Shown piece by piece: positions 59,233-64,000 of a DNA stretch of 64,000 nt; the stretch's first letter is position 1; every line of letters starts with the position of its first letter. Location: contig NC_043996.1 in the NCBI RefSeq assembly GCF_902150065.1, positions 24,796,745 to 24,860,744 on the forward strand. Direction: 5' to 3'. Made by a program: the position numbers and the translations under genes. This stretch comes from Myripristis murdjan. Its lineage: Eukaryota. Under the pieces are notes generated by a model. The model worked only from the letters and a program-made list of their open reading frames with translations, was not told where the DNA came from and did not search any database.

Positions 59233-60022
59233 CTGAAAGAGAATGTTAGATTGTAAAAAGCTTTGCAACTTTGCAGGTACACAGATACAAAGGTCCAGTG
59301 TAGTAAGAACTGCATTTCTGAATTTCATGATAATTAAAAGCTGCGGTAGGCAATTTTTGGGGGGTATTACTGGCCAAAAATTTCATAATAACCTTTCAGT
59401 GTATTGTAATTCAAGTGGTCTGAGAGAAAACGAGACTTCTGCACCTCCTCTTGACTCTGTATTCAGGCTTTAGAAACTCTAGCCTAACAGGAAACTTAAG
59501 CCAATGACAGGTCATTTCAGAGAGAGGGCGCTCCCACTGACTGTTGTACAAATGTTTTATTTTTAAAAAAAATCAACAAGACAAACTCAAATGGCTTCAC
59601 ATTAACAATATTTATGTGAGTGAGTCTTGTTTTGACATTTCCTGGCAAATGCCTGCACTTGTCTGGAGAGGGGGGTAGCCATGTACTTCAAGGTGGAAAT
59701 GATGAAGTTTAATTGATGCTCTGATTGGTTGACAGCGTATGTAGTTACTAAGCTGACCCATAGCTTATCAGACCATAGCCAGTCAGCCAACTACTGGTCA
59801 AATTAGCCATTGTTGTAGTATATGCAGTGGATGCAGTGCATAATTTTATAGATTAGGCTCTTACTCCCTCAGGTTTTGAACCACTGGATCATAAATGACA
59901 GACGAAATTATGCACATTGTATTAGAAATCAGTATCAAACTTTTCCTGGCTGAGTTAAAATCATCAAATATAATGAAGTATCAAGGATGATAAAATAAAA
60001 GTATTAATATAATGGCACGAAC

Positions 60023-60100
60023 CATGTCATCCTCAGGCTCCGCTGGGTTGACACGGAAGTCTTCCAACTGGTCAAATAAGGATCTTTGTCCGCCTTCATT
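60023..60100 (-). CDS. Candidate gene B upstream exon (NEGGQRSLFDQLEDFRVNPAEPEDDM; 78 nt, phase 0)
   Basis: Acceptor 'ccctctcag'; donor 'gacatg|gttcgt', which is a non-consensus donor. Positionally equivalent to gene A 29930-30004. Confidence 0.3.
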
Positions 60101-60845
60101 CTGAGAGGGCAGAAACAATCACTCTTTAAAATCATATCTGACACCAGAATTTCTTTCCAGAACAAAATACCTATGTAGTAGATTTCAGCTGGGATGAGTC
60201 AGCAAGGCAAGGGCAGAAAGATGAACAAACATGAACAAAGAGCAATAGGTCAAAACAGCTGAATGCTATTGTATAGCATATATCTATGAGGAAATCATCA
60301 GTTTCACTTTTCATAAACATCCACATGAGGAGGAGGAAGTGGTAGTAATGGCGATTTTGAATGCACAAGCGTTCTAAAGACAGTTTTTGCAGAAGTGTGA
60401 GGGCCAAAATCTCCATGGACATGTTGAGAAAAAGGAAGCACAGAAACAAGTTTGGGCACATTGCAGAGTAATCTCATCTCATCCTTCATGCTAAGGGACT
60501 GCGCACACAACATTGTGTGGTGGTGTTTAGGTGGGGGGTGGGGAGGATTTGTGTCAAGAAGACAGGGAAATAAAGGAGGAGAAACCACATGTTCACTGTA
60601 ATTGTGTCCGTGGGGGGAGCAAAGCGGATGCCCTGGAGAAAAATTCTGTAAATGACCGCTGTAGAGAAGTTGTTTTGAGGGAGCAGGAGGGGAGGAGTCA
60701 GGTGACTGAAACCATGTGATGGAGCTTTTGTAATCCTGGACCTTTATGTGCCAGACTGAAACACCTCAGCAAGAATCAGACACAAAACCTTGACACACTC
60801 TGAGCTTATTACATACTGACAGGGACGGTAGTTATAGTTTAAAGC

Positions 60846-60895
60846 TGGTATGAGAGAGAGAGAGAGAGTGAGAGAGAGAGAGAGAAAGAATAAGT
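60846..60895. repeat. (GA)n microsatellite
   Basis: Seen directly in the sequence. Confidence 0.95.
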
Positions 60896-63800
60896 GTGGG
60901 AGTTTGATGACTGAATGAATGAGCTGCAGTCTGCTCTTCTGCAACTTTTGTGTACATTTGTTTAATTGTCTTATGTCTTGTGTGCATTCCAACTACCTTT
61001 TGTGCTTTCACTAAGGAGTGACATAATGCACTGTCCTCCAATAGAATGATACCAAAAACAGCTTGGCGTGAATCCTCAGTTATTAGCTCCTTTTACACTG
61101 CCTGTTCAAGACGGGAATGTTGTACCTTTATTCCACCTCACTCTGCCCAAACTGATTAAAAAAAAAAAAAAATGCTGTCATGGCTCACCAAAATTCTTCA
61201 ATATAGCATAATAAAATACTTGTGATCATATATGCACTAGAATGTGGATAGGAATGTACAATGCAAAAATAAAGCTACTTTCCATTTCTGCCTTCTGCCC
61301 TAAAAATAAAGAAAAATAAAAGGGACAGCTCAAATACAAAAAAATTAGAGCCAAAGTAAACTGCAAAACAAGCCATATGTGAAGTTGAAGTGTACTGCGT
61401 GCCGCACACGCTGGTGTGTACAAGCATAGAGAGGGAGAGAAAAGCTGAGTGCTAAGCAGCACGTGCTTTACAAATACGTGTCTCACAAATGGGCCTGAAA
61501 ATGCCAGACACCACGGCAAGAATAAGCAGAACTCCAGCTCCCCTATGCCACAGAACCAGAGGCAGTGGTGCACAATGCAGATTTACGCTGCTGTTTGGTG
61601 TCAGTGGAGCTGAAGAAAAGGTTTGATCAAGCGATTAAAGACACAAGCAGCGAACCGAGAGAGGGCAACTATAGCGGCAGCAGTGGACCTGTTAAAATGC
61701 TGTGTGTAGCCTATTTGGATAGGTCATATGCTGTGCACAACAGGCTTTTGGACAAGTTCAAATATGTAGTCTATTTGGACAGGGTCTTGGTGCACAACAC
61801 ACTTTTTTATACTATCTGGAAACACTGGCCTAGACACCCAAAGGTATTGTGTTACACATCACGCCTCTGCGTGTAAAAGCACAAAGCCGGTGTAAAAACA
61901 GGTCTTCATAATGGTAGCGTTGTGGAATCTCTGTGTAAAAAGTGCTACTGTCTTTACCTCTGCAGTGTTACTGCCTGCAGCTCCGTCCTGCTGGTTCTTC
62001 TGTACAGCTTTAGCCTGAATCAAACACAAAAAGAAGCACAGTTAAAGCTAGTAGTATCAGTTTACTTTTTTGTTGTGGATCAAAACACTGTTTCCTCCCT
62101 GTTTGTGTTTTAATTCTAAAAAAAAAAATCTCTGGACTCACATTTCTCAATGGTTTAGTAAAACCTCAAAATGCTGATCCAAAGAATCACAGCTGTTTTT
62201 GTTAGCTGACTGGCAAACTTGTATGACAAAGATATAAGCAAAATATTCAAATGGCAGTGATTTATTTTCTTGGTTCATTCAAAATCTGGTGGGTCAGCAG
62301 ATCTATAAGCTGGTGTGCCGAGTTTGAAGCTAGGCTGACTAGCTCACAAAGCCAACCTTACCTGGCTAGACTGCATTTTTTCAGTTAGCAAGAACACTGC
62401 TACGCTTCATATTAGTTTCCTCCTCTCCTACCTTTCACTGTTTAAACTTGGTGTCAGTCAAAGTAAAGTGACAAAACCAGGTTCTTTGGCTCTGCCCAGA
62501 GGATATTTATGTTAACGGTACCAGTGTTCTTTCAGATGGTGCAAAATGATGACTCCAAATTAACATCTCCTTTCAGGCAAATAGTGGTTCACAGCTGTGT
62601 TAAATGAATTTGAAGATGTTTCTGGGAAAAACAAACACTGTCAAAATGTAAGGGAGCTCATTTGTTTGAGTCATGTGTTTTAATTTTACCTTAATCCGAG
62701 GCAAGAAGGGATTGTTTTTCTTGGGTTTCCTCACTTTGGTCTAAAAAGGATCAACAGAATTTAATTGTTAACTGAAAGACTGTAATACACAATGGTAAGG
62801 AAGGATAATTAAAATCAGAATAAAAATCTTTCTAATTGACCAAATACAACAGCTGCACAAGGAATTTGACTATAAGACCTCTTTGTCCTTGTCCTCCTCT
62901 TTCTTTTCTTCTTTGGATGAAGACTCTTCTTTTAGTTCCTCATCATCAGATGCAGCCTGGAGTAAACAACAAACAAATAAGCAATGACAAACTGTCACAG
63001 GAATATTGACATAATTACTTGTAACTTGCATACTGCCTTCACACTGATGTGAATTCATATCTAGAGGGTGTACTTGCAAATATTTAATCAATTATACAGA
63101 ATCTGTATCACACACACATAACAAAGGGGAACAGGTGCAATGCAAATAACAGCCATACGCATGTACCCAACAGATGATAAACAAAAAATGCAGAGTAAAG
63201 AAAAATGAAGGATGTCATGTACCTTGGCTGCAGTACGTGGCATAAATGGATTATGACGTTTGGGTTTTTTCACCTTAGTCTGTAAAATGACAGAGTGACA
63301 TCATGGAAGATGGCATGAGAATCAATTAAATGAACCGATTTCATTAGAACTGATGATTTGTATGTGTATGAAATAACAGTCGATATGCTCAGACAGGCTG
63401 CTACATAACCATCTTGGTATATGAAAAGCTTTGTTAAAAAGCTCTTTATTTATTTACCCTCTGAATACAGAATATGCGATATGTATGTTTTTGTACATTA
63501 ATACACACACATACTTTTGTTTACTATATATTAAAAACAGATGTAGTTTGATTTCAATATGGACCAAAATGTCTACTCTGAACGCTTTCATACTGAAAAT
63601 TTCCATGTCAACACCCACGTGACTTATGGGCAAATGTGATCAAACTGATAGCGATCGGTTTCAGGATGTGATAATGTATTGGAGTGAAGCCAGATCATTT
63701 GTATAGCACAAGGCTGAAGGAACAATACGATGCAGAGCTGAAACGCAAACTGAAAGGCAAGGTGCTGTGCTGAAAGGTACAGTGACATCGAGCAAAAAGA

Positions 63801-64000
63801 GTTCAGTTCCATGATTTGATAACTATTTATTAAACTATTTAACTGAAATAGTGTACTTTTTTTTTTTTTTTTTTTTACTCGAGTGAAAGAGTTCATAACA
63901 AGGATCGGAGCCTGATAAAATCCCTGTTGCAAATAATTCTCAGTGTTTGTTTTCAGGTAAAGGAACAGCACATGGATGGGGGCTATCACAAACAAGTAAT

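Overview
This 64-kb window is vertebrate nuclear DNA, almost certainly from a teleost fish: it has dense (CA)n/(GT)n microsatellites, GT-AG introns, MITE-type DNA transposons and A-rich tracts. I found no prokaryotic, CRISPR or rRNA signal. The order of contents along the window is:

- **hnRNP C gene (plus strand, about 1.4–10.5 kb):** a seven-coding-exon gene whose translated exons match HNRNPC almost residue for residue ([13 protein letters not shown]...DSVNGEEDS*), with a CpG-rich promoter and non-coding first exon.
- **DOMON-domain gene (minus strand, about 12.0–18.1 kb):** six exons with a cleavable signal peptide and a C-terminal hydrophobic anchor, possibly FRRS1L-like. An interstitial telomeric (CCCTAA)5 block and a MITE sit in its introns.
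- **MITEs:** two further foldback/TIR elements lie in the intergenic stretch (about 18–24 kb), around 20.06–20.42 kb and 49.3–49.5 kb.
- **Apolipoprotein-L-like gene A (minus strand, about 24.8–30.0 kb):** carries an unusual E/K/R/S-rich C-terminal tail of roughly 400 aa.
- **Repeat-exon array (minus strand, about 31–47 kb, possibly to 55 kb):** about 40 short, phase-0, multiple-of-3 exons with canonical splice sites. They alternate between a basic/amphipathic motif (QEKGG[LI]FSG[LM][FL]KK[ST]PKP...) and an acidic Ser-rich motif (DK..L..ELSASSDSLSENS..K). A four-fold tandem amplification of a ~535-bp exon-pair unit lies inside it. There is no obvious terminal exon between the array and gene A, so the two may form one giant transcription unit.
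- **Paralogous ApoL-like gene B (minus strand, about 57.7–60.1 kb):** has homologous small 5' exons but no repeat array and no charged tail.

All coordinates come from manual splice-site and reading-frame inspection and are approximate to within a few nucleotides.
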